From: Pseudomonadota bacterium
GTDB lineage: Bacteria; Pseudomonadota; Gammaproteobacteria; Burkholderiales; Thiobacillaceae
Assembly: GCA_021847835.1 (NCBI GenBank)
Contig: JAJZPR010000010.1
Span: 63,718 to 95,717, forward strand
Direction: 5' to 3'
Length of the DNA: 32,000 bases
The notes beneath the pieces are model-generated. The model made no database searches and was not told where the DNA came from. It saw nothing but the letters and a program-made list of their open reading frames with translations. Below, piece after piece: positions 17,040-25,100 of the stretch. Each line of letters begins with the position of its first letter. The first letter of the stretch is position 1. A program made the position numbers and the translations under genes.

Positions 17040-17139
17040 GCGGCGATCCGCGATGCGCGGGTATAAGGGCGGAACCCGTAAGCTGTTGCGTGAACTGGCG
17101 CGGCTGTTACGGGAGCAAGCCGAAGCATTTAGGCGCTAA
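16936..17139 (+). CDS. Hypothetical small basic protein (67 aa, MSYYRTPEHRAKQAERIRRWKPWEKSTGPKSEEGK...)
   Basis: Internal start of the 152-aa track ORF, with AGGGGGA at 16925-16931 5 nt upstream. It overlaps the 3' end of the 230-aa ORF by 104 nt in another frame. Confidence 0.5.
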   Translation: MSYYRTPEHRAKQAERIRRWKPWEKSTGPKSEEGKRRSAMRGYKGGTRKLLRELARLLREQAEAFRR

Positions 17140-17145
17140 CGACGG

Positions 17146-17397
17146 TTAGCGGTTATTTTTCCAGGAAGCGCCATTAGCCCCGCAATTCCGCTCTAGGCCG
17201 TTCATCACCGCGCTGGCATCGTATTCGCCGCTTCTGAAGCCATCTACTGATGCTTGAACGTAGGCCCTGCAATTTATTGGTGCGCCGAAGTCCTCGCCAT
17301 ACTCGGCTTCCTTGTTGTCGTCAAAAGCGGAACCCCAATGGGCAACAGCAAAGATAATTCCCGCGACGATCCATCCAGCGCTGCAATCGCTTTCCAT
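17146..17397 (-). CDS. Small membrane-anchored or secreted Cys-containing protein (83 aa)
   Basis: The only minus-strand gene in the element. A strong SD (GGGAAAGAGGG) lies just upstream of the ATG. Hydrophobic N-terminus GWIVAGIIFAVAHW, with Cys at positions 5, 43 and 72. Confidence 0.55.
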   Translation of the reverse strand: MESDCSAGWIVAGIIFAVAHWGSAFDDNKEAEYGEDFGAPINCRAYVQASVDGFRSGEYDASAVMNGLERNCGANGASWKNNR

Positions 17398-17552
17398 TCC
17401 CTCTTTCCCTTCCGTTTTGTTTTTTTGTGAGCTTCCTGTCGGCTGTTTTTAGTTGCATCTTCAAGCTACGGCTTGGTGGGCGACGGTTTGAGGCGCAGCC
17501 GATATGGGGGACAATAACCGCTTTTCCTGGATTCGGTTTCGACTCGCCCGGC

Positions 17553-17592
17553 TTGGGTATCAATCGAAAAAGGGGGTATTCATGGGGGTATC
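17553..17592. repeat. Arm-type repeats at the right end of the element (TTGGGTATCAAT, GGGGGTATT, TGGGGGTATC)
   Basis: Same motif family as 10342-10381. Lies 50-90 bp upstream of the core at 17645. Confidence 0.55.
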
Positions 17593-17644
17593 TGCGAGCA
17601 ATGTCTGGTCAGCGATCCATGTAAATCAATAGGATGCAAGCATT

Positions 17645-17661
17645 ATGCTGCTAATGATCGA
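17645..17661 (+). repeat. Inter-copy core (intact attP-type junction)
   Basis: ATGCTGCTAATGATCGA, flanked on the left by the element's right end and on the right by its left end. Confidence 0.85.
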
Positions 17662-17780
17662 AAAGCATGATGCAAATCCGGCAACGTCCTTTCTGATCCG
17701 ATACCCCATATAAAACCTAGTGTTTACGCGGAATAGAAGGCCGTAAACAACCGGCATCATCCGTTGCCATCCGGGAAAAA

Positions 17781-17820
17781 TGGGGGTATCTTTGGGGGTA
17801 TCAATAGCCCGGTACCCCCA
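17781..17820. repeat. Arm-type repeats TGGGGGTA(T/C)C x3, copy 2
   Basis: Same as 10342-10381, shifted by 7,439. Confidence 0.6.
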
Positions 17821-17822
17821 TC

Positions 17823-19103
17823 ATGGCACTGACCGACGCGAGCATCCGCAACAAGAAACCCACAGAGAAGCAATACAAGGTTTCCGATGCTGGCGGGCTG
17901 TATCTGCTGGTAAAGCCGAGCGGCGCGAAGCTGTGGCGCTTGAAGTACCGCATAGATGGCAAGGAAAACGTTTTTGCCATCGGCGAGTATTGCGAAGCCC
18001 CGAGGGCTGAGACAGCCGCCGACGCCACCATCCGAAAAGCATCCGGGCGCTACACCTTGGCCGAAGCCCGGCAGGAACGCGAGCGCTGCAAAGGGCTAAT
18101 CAGGCACGGCATACACCCGGCGCATAACCGGAAGGCCGACGCGGCAAAACGATCCGCCGAAAACGCCAATACCTTCGAGGCCGTTGCGCGGGAATGGATA
18201 GCCAAGAAAACGCCCGGATGGACGGCGTACTACCTGCGGCAAGTCGAGCGATTCCTAGAGGCTGACGTTTTTCCCTATATCGGCAGCCTGCCGATTCGCA
18301 ACGTGACGGCGGCGCACCTGCTGGAAATCGTGCGGCGTATTGAGGGGCGCGGCGCTGCATCCGTGGCCTTGCTGGTGCGGCAATGGGCTTCGGCGATATT
18401 CCGCTATGCCGTGGCGACCTTGCGGGCGGATACCGATCCAGCATCGGCGTTGAAGGGCGCGATTCACCGGCCAAAGATTGAGCATCACAAGCCGCTATCC
18501 CGCGACCAAGTGGGCGACTTCGTGAAAGCGCTTGATTCCTATGGCGGGTATCGGACTACGGTAATCGCCCTGCGCCTGATGCTGCTGACCTTCGTTCGCA
18601 CCGTGGAGCTGCGGGGAGCGCACTGGACGGAAATCGACCTTGACCGGGCGGAATGGCGCATCCCCGCTGAGCGCATGAAGATGCGGGAGCCGCACATTGT
18701 CCCCTTGTCCCGGCAAGCCGTGGAACTGCTGACGGAACTGAAAACGCACACCGGCGGGCGTAGTTTTCTGTTCCCCAACTACCGCAACCCGCAAACCTGC
18801 ATGACGGCAACGACGTTGAATCGAGCGCTGGAACGCATGGGCTTCAACGGCAAAGACAGCATCGGCTTTTCGGCGCACGGATTCCGGGCAACGGCTTCAA
18901 CCATGCTGAACGAATTGAGTTTTCGTTCCGAAGTGATCGAGCGCCAGCTAGCCCATGCCGAACGAAACAAGGTGCGGGCCACCTACAACCAAGGCGAATA
19001 CATGGAAGAGCGGCGGGCCATGATGCAGCAATGGGCAAACCTGACCGACGAAATGGCGAAGAGCGAAAACAAGGTGACACCGATTAAGCAGGCGGCGGCA
19101 TAA
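17823..19103 (+). CDS. int: Tyrosine integrase, P4-like (copy 2)
   Basis: Translation identical to 10384-11664. Confidence 0.92.
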   Translation: MALTDASIRNKKPTEKQYKVSDAGGLYLLVKPSGAKLWRLKYRIDGKENVFAIGEYCEAPRAETAADATIRKASGRYTLAEARQERERCKGLIRHGIHPAHNRKADAAKRSAENANTFEAVAREWIAKKTPGWTAYYLRQVERFLEADVFPYIGSLPIRNVTAAHLLEIVRRIEGRGAASVALLVRQWASAIFRYAVATLRADTDPASALKGAIHRPKIEHHKPLSRDQVGDFVKALDSYGGYRTTVIALRLMLLTFVRTVELRGAHWTEIDLDRAEWRIPAERMKMREPHIVPLSRQAVELLTELKTHTGGRSFLFPNYRNPQTCMTATTLNRALERMGFNGKDSIGFSAHGFRATASTMLNELSFRSEVIERQLAHAERNKVRATYNQGEYMEERRAMMQQWANLTDEMAKSENKVTPIKQAAA

Positions 19104-19196
19104 AGGTTTGCCGCGCCTAGCCCGACGGGGCGAAAACCGGGACACCCTTGCCCGGCTGGCGTGGCACCCAATCAAGGGCGGCGCGAAAGGGGCGCG

Positions 19197-20156
19197 ATGA
19201 ATATGGCAAAGGCCTACTCCTGGGGTGATCTGTCCTCACAGGATTTAATCCAGCTTCTCGACTTGGTATCCGAGGAAAGGCTAAATGAGGTCTTTTATCC
19301 TGTATCAGAGACAAAGCCTGGTATGGGCCTATTCGGCGGCTGGAAGAATCATAGTTCGCATCCACTGCATCCCGACTATATCCAACCAGTCACTTGGGTT
19401 AACGAAGGTCGTGGCCTCCTCGAATTGATGGTGATTGATCATGTGGCCGAACGCGAAAGACAAGCTGAACGCGAGAGACAAACCGAACGCGAAAAACAAG
19501 CTGAACGCGAGTTACAGGCCGAGCGTGTCAGCAAGCATTGGCAAGTGATCAAGACGAACAATGCTTTTCAGCTACTGGAGTCCGATGCGAATTTCAAGAA
19601 GGCTCATGCTGTCTTTGAGCAGAAGCAGAGAGCTGCGGTAGATGGCGACCTATACGCACATCCGTTTGCAGAATTTCGTTTTATTGATTCGGTTTCTTCA
19701 ACTGCCGGATGGTTCCTTCTAACCGACGGCAAGGCTTTCAACTGGCCGATCCCTGACAAGAAGGCGATAGGCAAGGCGCGCGGCCATGCGTGGGCGATGC
19801 TGGATACCTTTGACAAGGATGGCGTCAAACTGCCCGGCTATCAGAAACAATTTAGCCTCAAAGCCTTGCTTTCTGAATTGGCCGATCAACTCGATGTGCA
19901 ATACAAATCAGGTCGCGCTGCATGGGGTGGAAAAAATCGGCCCTATCGGGTTTTAGTTCAGACCTTGGCTAATGCTTTGCGGCGGCATTTTGGTGAAGTG
20001 TCCCCTGAAATCGTGCTGTCGTTGGCTGCGATGGTTAGCTGCCCATTTACAGAAAAGACGATCAATAACCAGTTGAATGATTCAAAGGAAAAACATCGCC
20101 AAGCCTTAGCGAGAGCCTTATTAAGCCAAGGAAAAAATTCATCCAAATTCGGCTGA
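19197..20156 (+). CDS. Hypothetical 319-aa coiled-coil cargo protein (copy 2)
   Basis: Identical to 11758-12717. Confidence 0.65.
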   Translation: MNMAKAYSWGDLSSQDLIQLLDLVSEERLNEVFYPVSETKPGMGLFGGWKNHSSHPLHPDYIQPVTWVNEGRGLLELMVIDHVAERERQAERERQTEREKQAERELQAERVSKHWQVIKTNNAFQLLESDANFKKAHAVFEQKQRAAVDGDLYAHPFAEFRFIDSVSSTAGWFLLTDGKAFNWPIPDKKAIGKARGHAWAMLDTFDKDGVKLPGYQKQFSLKALLSELADQLDVQYKSGRAAWGGKNRPYRVLVQTLANALRRHFGEVSPEIVLSLAAMVSCPFTEKTINNQLNDSKEKHRQALARALLSQGKNSSKFG

Positions 20157-20235
20157 TTTTTTACTTATAGCTGGTTCAATACCAGAAGGATGATGCATCT
20201 ACCGGCCAGCAACGGCCATTTATGGATCATCCCGA

Positions 20236-20451
20236 ATGAAACAACTTCCCGAGACCGGTTTCCTGAGATTGCGCCAAATTATCGGCGACCCAAAAGCGGA
20301 ACCGCCGATCCCCGCGATCATCCCCGTAAAAAAATCCTGCTGGTGGGAGGGCTGCCGATCCGGTCGTTTCCCCAAGCCTGTGAAACTCGGGCCGCGTGTG
20401 ACGGCGTGGCCTGTTGAATCCATCCGCGCCCTAGTCGAGTCTTTGAAATAA
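20236..20451 (+). CDS. alpA: AlpA-family regulator / excisionase (copy 2)
   Basis: Identical to 12797-13012. Confidence 0.8.
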   Translation: MKQLPETGFLRLRQIIGDPKAEPPIPAIIPVKKSCWWEGCRSGRFPKPVKLGPRVTAWPVESIRALVESLK

Positions 20452-20462
20452 GGGGCGCGACC

Positions 20463-20705
20463 ATGACCACAAAAACAACGGGCCGCGCTGGCTGGCACCA
20501 GGCGACCCAAGAAACTACACACAAGCAAGATATTACCGCACCGACGCGCCAGATAGCCATGCTGTCAGCGCTCAAGCGGCGCATTTGGCTGTTGGGCTAT
20601 GAGCTTGAAGAGGCCCGCCAGCTTCATGCTGCCCGTGGGCATTTCTGGAAAGAGGCCGGGGCGTGCATCGCTTTGGCGTTTCTGCGGTTTGGGAGGCTGG
20701 TATGA
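20463..20705 (+). CDS. Hypothetical small protein, 80 aa (copy 2)
   Basis: Identical to 13024-13266. Confidence 0.5.
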   Translation: MTTKTTGRAGWHQATQETTHKQDITAPTRQIAMLSALKRRIWLLGYELEEARQLHAARGHFWKEAGACIALAFLRFGRLV

Positions 20706-23251
20706 GCAACCGCATCCGTGAAGCGCTGCAATTCATCCCCGCCGTTGACCGCGAAACCTGGGTGAAGATGGGTATGGCCGTTAAATCCGAGCTTGGGGAC
20801 GCTGGCTTTGGCTTGTGGGAAGGCTGGAGCCAGCAAGCCGACACCTTCAACGCCAAAGATGCGCGGGACGTGTGGAAGAGCATCCGCATCAATGGCAAGG
20901 TGACGGCGGGGACGCTGTTCCATGAGGCCAAGGCGAACGGCTGGCGCGACGATGGAACGCACCAGAGGCCGACGCCCGAAGAGCTTGCGGAGCGCCAACG
21001 CATCGAGAAATACGCGCGCGCGCGCGAGGAAGCCCGGACAGCTTCGGAACGTGTCGAGGCCGCGAAGAAGTCGGCGGCTGTCTGGAAGGCGGCAGCGGAA
21101 GCGAAACCCGATCATCCCTATCTTGTCCGCAAGCGCGTTTCGCCGGTAGCAACCCTGCGCGAGATTGACGCGGGCGCTGCGGCTGCGATCCTGGGCTATG
21201 CGCCGAAGTCGAGCGGCGAACCTTTGGCCGGGCGCTTGCTGGTGGCACCCGTCAAAGTCGGGGACGGGCTTTCGACGCTGGAACTGATCGACCCGGGCGG
21301 GCGCAAATCCGCTGTCTATGGCGGCGCGAAGGCGGGCGGATATTGGGCGGCGCAACCGCTACACGATGGCGACGGGCTGACCCTGCTTATCGGCGAAGGC
21401 GTGGCGACCGTGCTAACGGCGAAGGAATCCAGCGGACACCCGACAATCGCGGCGCTGTCGGCTGGCAATCTGCCAGCTGTGGCGAAGGCGATGCGCGAAC
21501 GCTACCCGTCGGCGGCGCTGGTGATTCTGGCCGATCTGGTGAAGGCGACCGGCGCACCCGATCCCCATGCAGTCGAGGCGGCGCAATCTGTCGGCGGAAA
21601 GCTGGCTATTCCTGACTTCGGTAATAAAGAACGGCCAAATAATGCGACCGACTTTAACGACCTGGCGGCGCTATGCGGGACGGAAGCCGTAGGACGCGCC
21701 ATAGCGAACGCAAGCGAACCGGATAAGGCTTTGCCTCAAACCGACCAAGAAAACGCAACAGCGCCAATCCTGACCGGGCAGGTTTGGCCGGAGTCGCAAC
21801 CGTTGACCGCGAAGGTGGCACCAGAGCCTTACCCAATCGACGCGCTACCCAAAACCATCCGGGCGGCGGTGGAAGAGGTGGCGGGCTTCGTCAAGGCACC
21901 TTTGCCAATGGTGGCATCGTCGGCACTGGCCGCGCTTTCGTTGGCAACCCAAGCTCATATCGACGTGAAGCGGGCGGAACGGCTGCAAGGGCCAGTCGGG
22001 TTATTCCTGCTGACCATCGCCGATTCGGGCGAGCGGAAATCAACCTGCGACGGCTTCTTTACGTCGGCAATCCGCCAGTATCAGGAAGAGCAAGCCGAGG
22101 CGATGAAACCGGCAATCAAGGAATATCAAGCCGAGATTGCCGCATGGGAAGCCGAGCGCGACGGGATATTGTCGGCGATAAAGTGCGCGGCTAAATCAGG
22201 CAAGGCGACCAACAATCTGCGGGTCGATCTTGCCGACCTTCAACGCGACAAGCCGGAAGCGCCGAGAGTGCCGAGGCTGCTGCTGGGCGACGAAACCCCT
22301 GAGAACCTTGCGTGGGGGCTTGCCAAGAATTGGCCGTCGGCGGGCGTGGTATCTGCCGAGGCCGGGATTGTTTTCGGGGCGCACGGCATGAGCAAGGATT
22401 CGGTTATGCGGAATCTTGGCCTGTTGAATGTCCTATGGGATGGCGGTTCGCATTCCGTCGGGCGGCGGACTTCGGAATCCTTCACAGTCAAAGGGGCGCG
22501 GCTGACCGTGGCTTTGCAGATTCAGGAAATGACCCTGCGGAGTTTCTTCGACCGATCCGGCGGGCTGGCGCGTGGGACGGGCTTCCTTGCCCGGTTTCTG
22601 GTGGCGTGGCCTAAATCGACGCAAGGCTTTCGCCCCTTCACCGAAGCCCCGCCGAACTGGCCGCACTTGGCCGCATTCCATCAACGCATCGCGGCGATTC
22701 TGGCGAACCCGGTTCCTATTGATGATGACGGGGCGCTATCCCCCGCATTGATGATGCTGGCACCGGAAGCAAAGGCGGCATGGGTAGCCTTCCACGATGC
22801 AATCGAGAGCGAACTAGCCAGCGGTGGCGAGCTATACGACGTGCGGGACGTGGCGAGTAAATCCGCCGACAACGCGGCACGGCTGGGGGCGTTGTTCCAG
22901 ATATTCGAGCACGGCATGGGCGGCGCTGTCGGGCTGGAATGTTTCGAGTCGGCAAGCCGGATTGCGGCATGGCACCTGAACGAATCACGGCGATTCTTTG
23001 GTGAGCTTGCGCTACCTGCTGAACTGGCGGACGCGGCGCGGCTGGATAGCTGGCTGGTCGATTATTGCCAGCGAGAGCAAAGGCATTCCGTTAGCAAGAA
23101 TCACGTCCGCCAGCATGGGCCATTGCGGGACGGGGCGCGACTTGATGCGGCGATCCGCGAGCTTGCCGAGCTTGAACGGCTGCGGCTGCTGAAGGAAGGA
23201 AAGCGTCTGACCATCCAACTCAATCCGGCATTAGCAGGGGTGACAGCATGA
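20702..23251 (+). CDS. Primase/helicase-type replication protein (copy 2)
   Basis: Identical to 13263-15812. Confidence 0.88.
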   Translation: MSNRIREALQFIPAVDRETWVKMGMAVKSELGDAGFGLWEGWSQQADTFNAKDARDVWKSIRINGKVTAGTLFHEAKANGWRDDGTHQRPTPEELAERQRIEKYARAREEARTASERVEAAKKSAAVWKAAAEAKPDHPYLVRKRVSPVATLREIDAGAAAAILGYAPKSSGEPLAGRLLVAPVKVGDGLSTLELIDPGGRKSAVYGGAKAGGYWAAQPLHDGDGLTLLIGEGVATVLTAKESSGHPTIAALSAGNLPAVAKAMRERYPSAALVILADLVKATGAPDPHAVEAAQSVGGKLAIPDFGNKERPNNATDFNDLAALCGTEAVGRAIANASEPDKALPQTDQENATAPILTGQVWPESQPLTAKVAPEPYPIDALPKTIRAAVEEVAGFVKAPLPMVASSALAALSLATQAHIDVKRAERLQGPVGLFLLTIADSGERKSTCDGFFTSAIRQYQEEQAEAMKPAIKEYQAEIAAWEAERDGILSAIKCAAKSGKATNNLRVDLADLQRDKPEAPRVPRLLLGDETPENLAWGLAKNWPSAGVVSAEAGIVFGAHGMSKDSVMRNLGLLNVLWDGGSHSVGRRTSESFTVKGARLTVALQIQEMTLRSFFDRSGGLARGTGFLARFLVAWPKSTQGFRPFTEAPPNWPHLAAFHQRIAAILANPVPIDDDGALSPALMMLAPEAKAAWVAFHDAIESELASGGELYDVRDVASKSADNAARLGALFQIFEHGMGGAVGLECFESASRIAAWHLNESRRFFGELALPAELADAARLDSWLVDYCQREQRHSVSKNHVRQHGPLRDGARLDAAIRELAELERLRLLKEGKRLTIQLNPALAGVTA

Positions 23252-23796
23252 GCCTGCTATCGGCGCTGATCCAAAAACGTGAAACCCGGAAGGCTGCTAC
23301 TGCTATTCCTGCTATTTCTGCTACTCAACCGAAGGAAGGGGCGGCAACAGTAGCAAGAATAGCAACAGTAGCAGTAGCAAACCCCACGGATGCAAAAACG
23401 ACCGATGCTGTGACTTCGTGGGGCTGGCTGTTGCACTTCGCCGACCGTGAGCCGCTGGAAGTCTATTGCAACCCGGACGCGACCCATGCCGAGATACTGG
23501 AACGCTATCCCGATGCACTGGCAGCGGAGCCGATACCGGAGCGCACCAGGCGAACGCCGACCGAAGCCGAGGCGGCGGAACTGCGGGCGCTGGTGCAAAC
23601 CATTGGCGAGGCTGAGCAATGGACGGCTGACGAAATCGAATGGGCAACGGCTGGGGCGCTGGCCGATCCTGACGGGGCGCTGATCTGCTTTCAAGATATA
23701 GCGAGAGGCTTCAATGCAGCCGTTGAGAACAACGATAGAACAGTGAAGAGAGTCCTGAAAACAGGCATCAATCAGGAGGCAAATAATGACTGGTAA
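23248..23796 (+). CDS. Hypothetical protein, 182 aa (copy 2)
   Basis: Identical to 15809-16357. Confidence 0.6.
   Translation: MSLLSALIQKRETRKAATAIPAISATQPKEGAATVARIATVAVANPTDAKTTDAVTSWGWLLHFADREPLEVYCNPDATHAEILERYPDALAAEPIPERTRRTPTEAEAAELRALVQTIGEAEQWTADEIEWATAGALADPDGALICFQDIARGFNAAVENNDRTVKRVLKTGINQEANNDW
23293..23379. repeat. Iteron-like inverted array (copy 2)
   Basis: Same as 15854-15940, shifted by 7,439. Confidence 0.6.
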
Positions 23797-24478
23797 CAGT
23801 ACCCAAACAGATAAACGGGCGACCAAACCGAAGAAACCGGCGGCACCGAAAGCGGAGGCATTCCCGCGAAAAGCGATCCCCCTAAAATCAGGCCCGAGCG
23901 CCGACGAGAAAGGGCGGGTCTATGCGAGCCTCATAACCTCCCCCGAGCTTGCCGCGCATCGTGTCATAGGGATGATGCAGCCGAAGAACATTGCGGATGA
24001 AATCGACACCCCCACGATGCTGGAAACCCTGCGCGATCAAGCGGCGGCGGTACAGCGTGGCGACCTGTCCCATGCCGAAGCGATGCTGATAAATCAGGCG
24101 TCGGCGCTGCAAGCCCTGTTTGTGCGGCTTTCTGAAAGAGCCATGGAGCAAGCCCATATGCCTAACCTTGAAGGCTTCATGCGGATGGCACTGCGGGCGC
24201 AATCGCAATGCCGGGCGACTTTGGAAACGCTGGCAACGATCAAGAATCCGCCGATTGTTTACGCGAAGCAGGCCAACTTTGCGGCGGGTCATCAGCAAGT
24301 CAACAACGGCACACCTGACCCTACGCGGGCGCGAGAAATCGAAAACGAGCAATCCCAACTATCAGGGGGAAACCATGAGCTATTATCGGACGCCCGAGCA
24401 TCGGGCGAAGCAAGCCGAACGAATCCGACGCTGGAAACCCTGGGAGAAATCGACCGGGCCGAAATCCGAAGAGGGTAA
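23786..24478 (+). CDS. Hypothetical protein, 230 aa (copy 2)
   Basis: Identical to 16347-17039. Confidence 0.6.
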   Translation: MTGNSTQTDKRATKPKKPAAPKAEAFPRKAIPLKSGPSADEKGRVYASLITSPELAAHRVIGMMQPKNIADEIDTPTMLETLRDQAAAVQRGDLSHAEAMLINQASALQALFVRLSERAMEQAHMPNLEGFMRMALRAQSQCRATLETLATIKNPPIVYAKQANFAAGHQQVNNGTPDPTRAREIENEQSQLSGGNHELLSDARASGEASRTNPTLETLGEIDRAEIRRG

Positions 24479-24578
24479 GCGGCGATCCGCGATGCGCGGG
24501 TATAAGGGCGGAACCCGTAAGCTGTTGCGTGAACTGGCGCGGCTGTTACGGGAGCAAGCCGAAGCATTTAGGCGCTAA
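24375..24578 (+). CDS. Hypothetical small basic protein, 67 aa (copy 2)
   Basis: Identical to 16936-17139. Confidence 0.5.
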   Translation: MSYYRTPEHRAKQAERIRRWKPWEKSTGPKSEEGKRRSAMRGYKGGTRKLLRELARLLREQAEAFRR

Positions 24579-24584
24579 CGACGG

Positions 24585-24836
24585 TTAGCGGTTATTTTTC
24601 CAGGAAGCGCCATTAGCCCCGCAATTCCGCTCTAGGCCGTTCATCACCGCGCTGGCATCGTATTCGCCGCTTCTGAAGCCATCTACTGATGCTTGAACGT
24701 AGGCCCTGCAATTTATTGGTGCGCCGAAGTCCTCGCCATACTCGGCTTCCTTGTTGTCGTCAAAAGCGGAACCCCAATGGGCAACAGCAAAGATAATTCC
24801 CGCGACGATCCATCCAGCGCTGCAATCGCTTTCCAT
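24585..24836 (-). CDS. Small membrane-anchored or secreted protein, 83 aa (copy 2)
   Basis: Identical to 17146-17397. Confidence 0.55.
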   Translation of the reverse strand: MESDCSAGWIVAGIIFAVAHWGSAFDDNKEAEYGEDFGAPINCRAYVQASVDGFRSGEYDASAVMNGLERNCGANGASWKNNR

Positions 24837-24991
24837 TCCCTCTTTCCCTTCCGTTTTGTTTTTTTGTGAGCTTCCTGTCGGCTGTTTTTAGTTGCATCTT
24901 CAAGCTACGGCTTGGTGGGCGACGGTTTGAGGCGCAGCCGATATGGGGGACAATAACCGCTTTTCCTGGATTCGGTTTCGACTCGCCCGGC

Positions 24992-25031
24992 TTGGGTATC
25001 AATCGAAAAAGGGGGTATTCATGGGGGTATC
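24992..25031. repeat. Right-end arm-type repeats (copy 2)
   Basis: Same as 17553-17592, shifted by 7,439. Confidence 0.55.
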
Positions 25032-25083
25032 TGCGAGCAATGTCTGGTCAGCGATCCATGTAAATCAATAGGATGCAAGCATT

Positions 25084-25100
25084 ATGCTGCTAATGATCGA
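25084..25100 (+). repeat. attR core = the functional start of trpG
   Basis: ATGCTGCTAATGATCGA, followed by native trpG sequence (CAACTACGAC...). Confidence 0.85.

Larger units (their letters stand above)
10206..17644 (+). mobile_element. Integrative element, copy 1 (7,439-bp unit)
   Basis: Bounded by 17-bp cores at 10206 and 17645. Contains int, alpA and a primase-helicase. Every ORF translation is identical to copy 2 at an offset of +7,439. Confidence 0.9.
17645..25083 (+). mobile_element. Integrative element, copy 2 (7,439-bp unit)
   Basis: All ORF translations are identical to copy 1 at an offset of 7,439, and the spot-checked intergenic DNA is identical. Confidence 0.9.

Noticed and set aside
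17135-17150. GCTAAC-GACG-GTTAGC hairpin between the convergent 67-aa and 83-aa ORFs, considered as a bidirectional terminator.
   Set aside because: The stem is only 6 bp and has moderate GC content, and it overlaps both stop codons. That is too weak to call with confidence, so it is mentioned only in a finding.
17321-17624. 80-aa minus-strand and 65-aa plus-strand ORFs in the right-end non-coding region (and their copy-2 twins).
   Set aside because: They overlap the 83-aa gene's promoter and the arm-type repeats, have no RBS, and have odd composition. The region is better explained as an attP arm.
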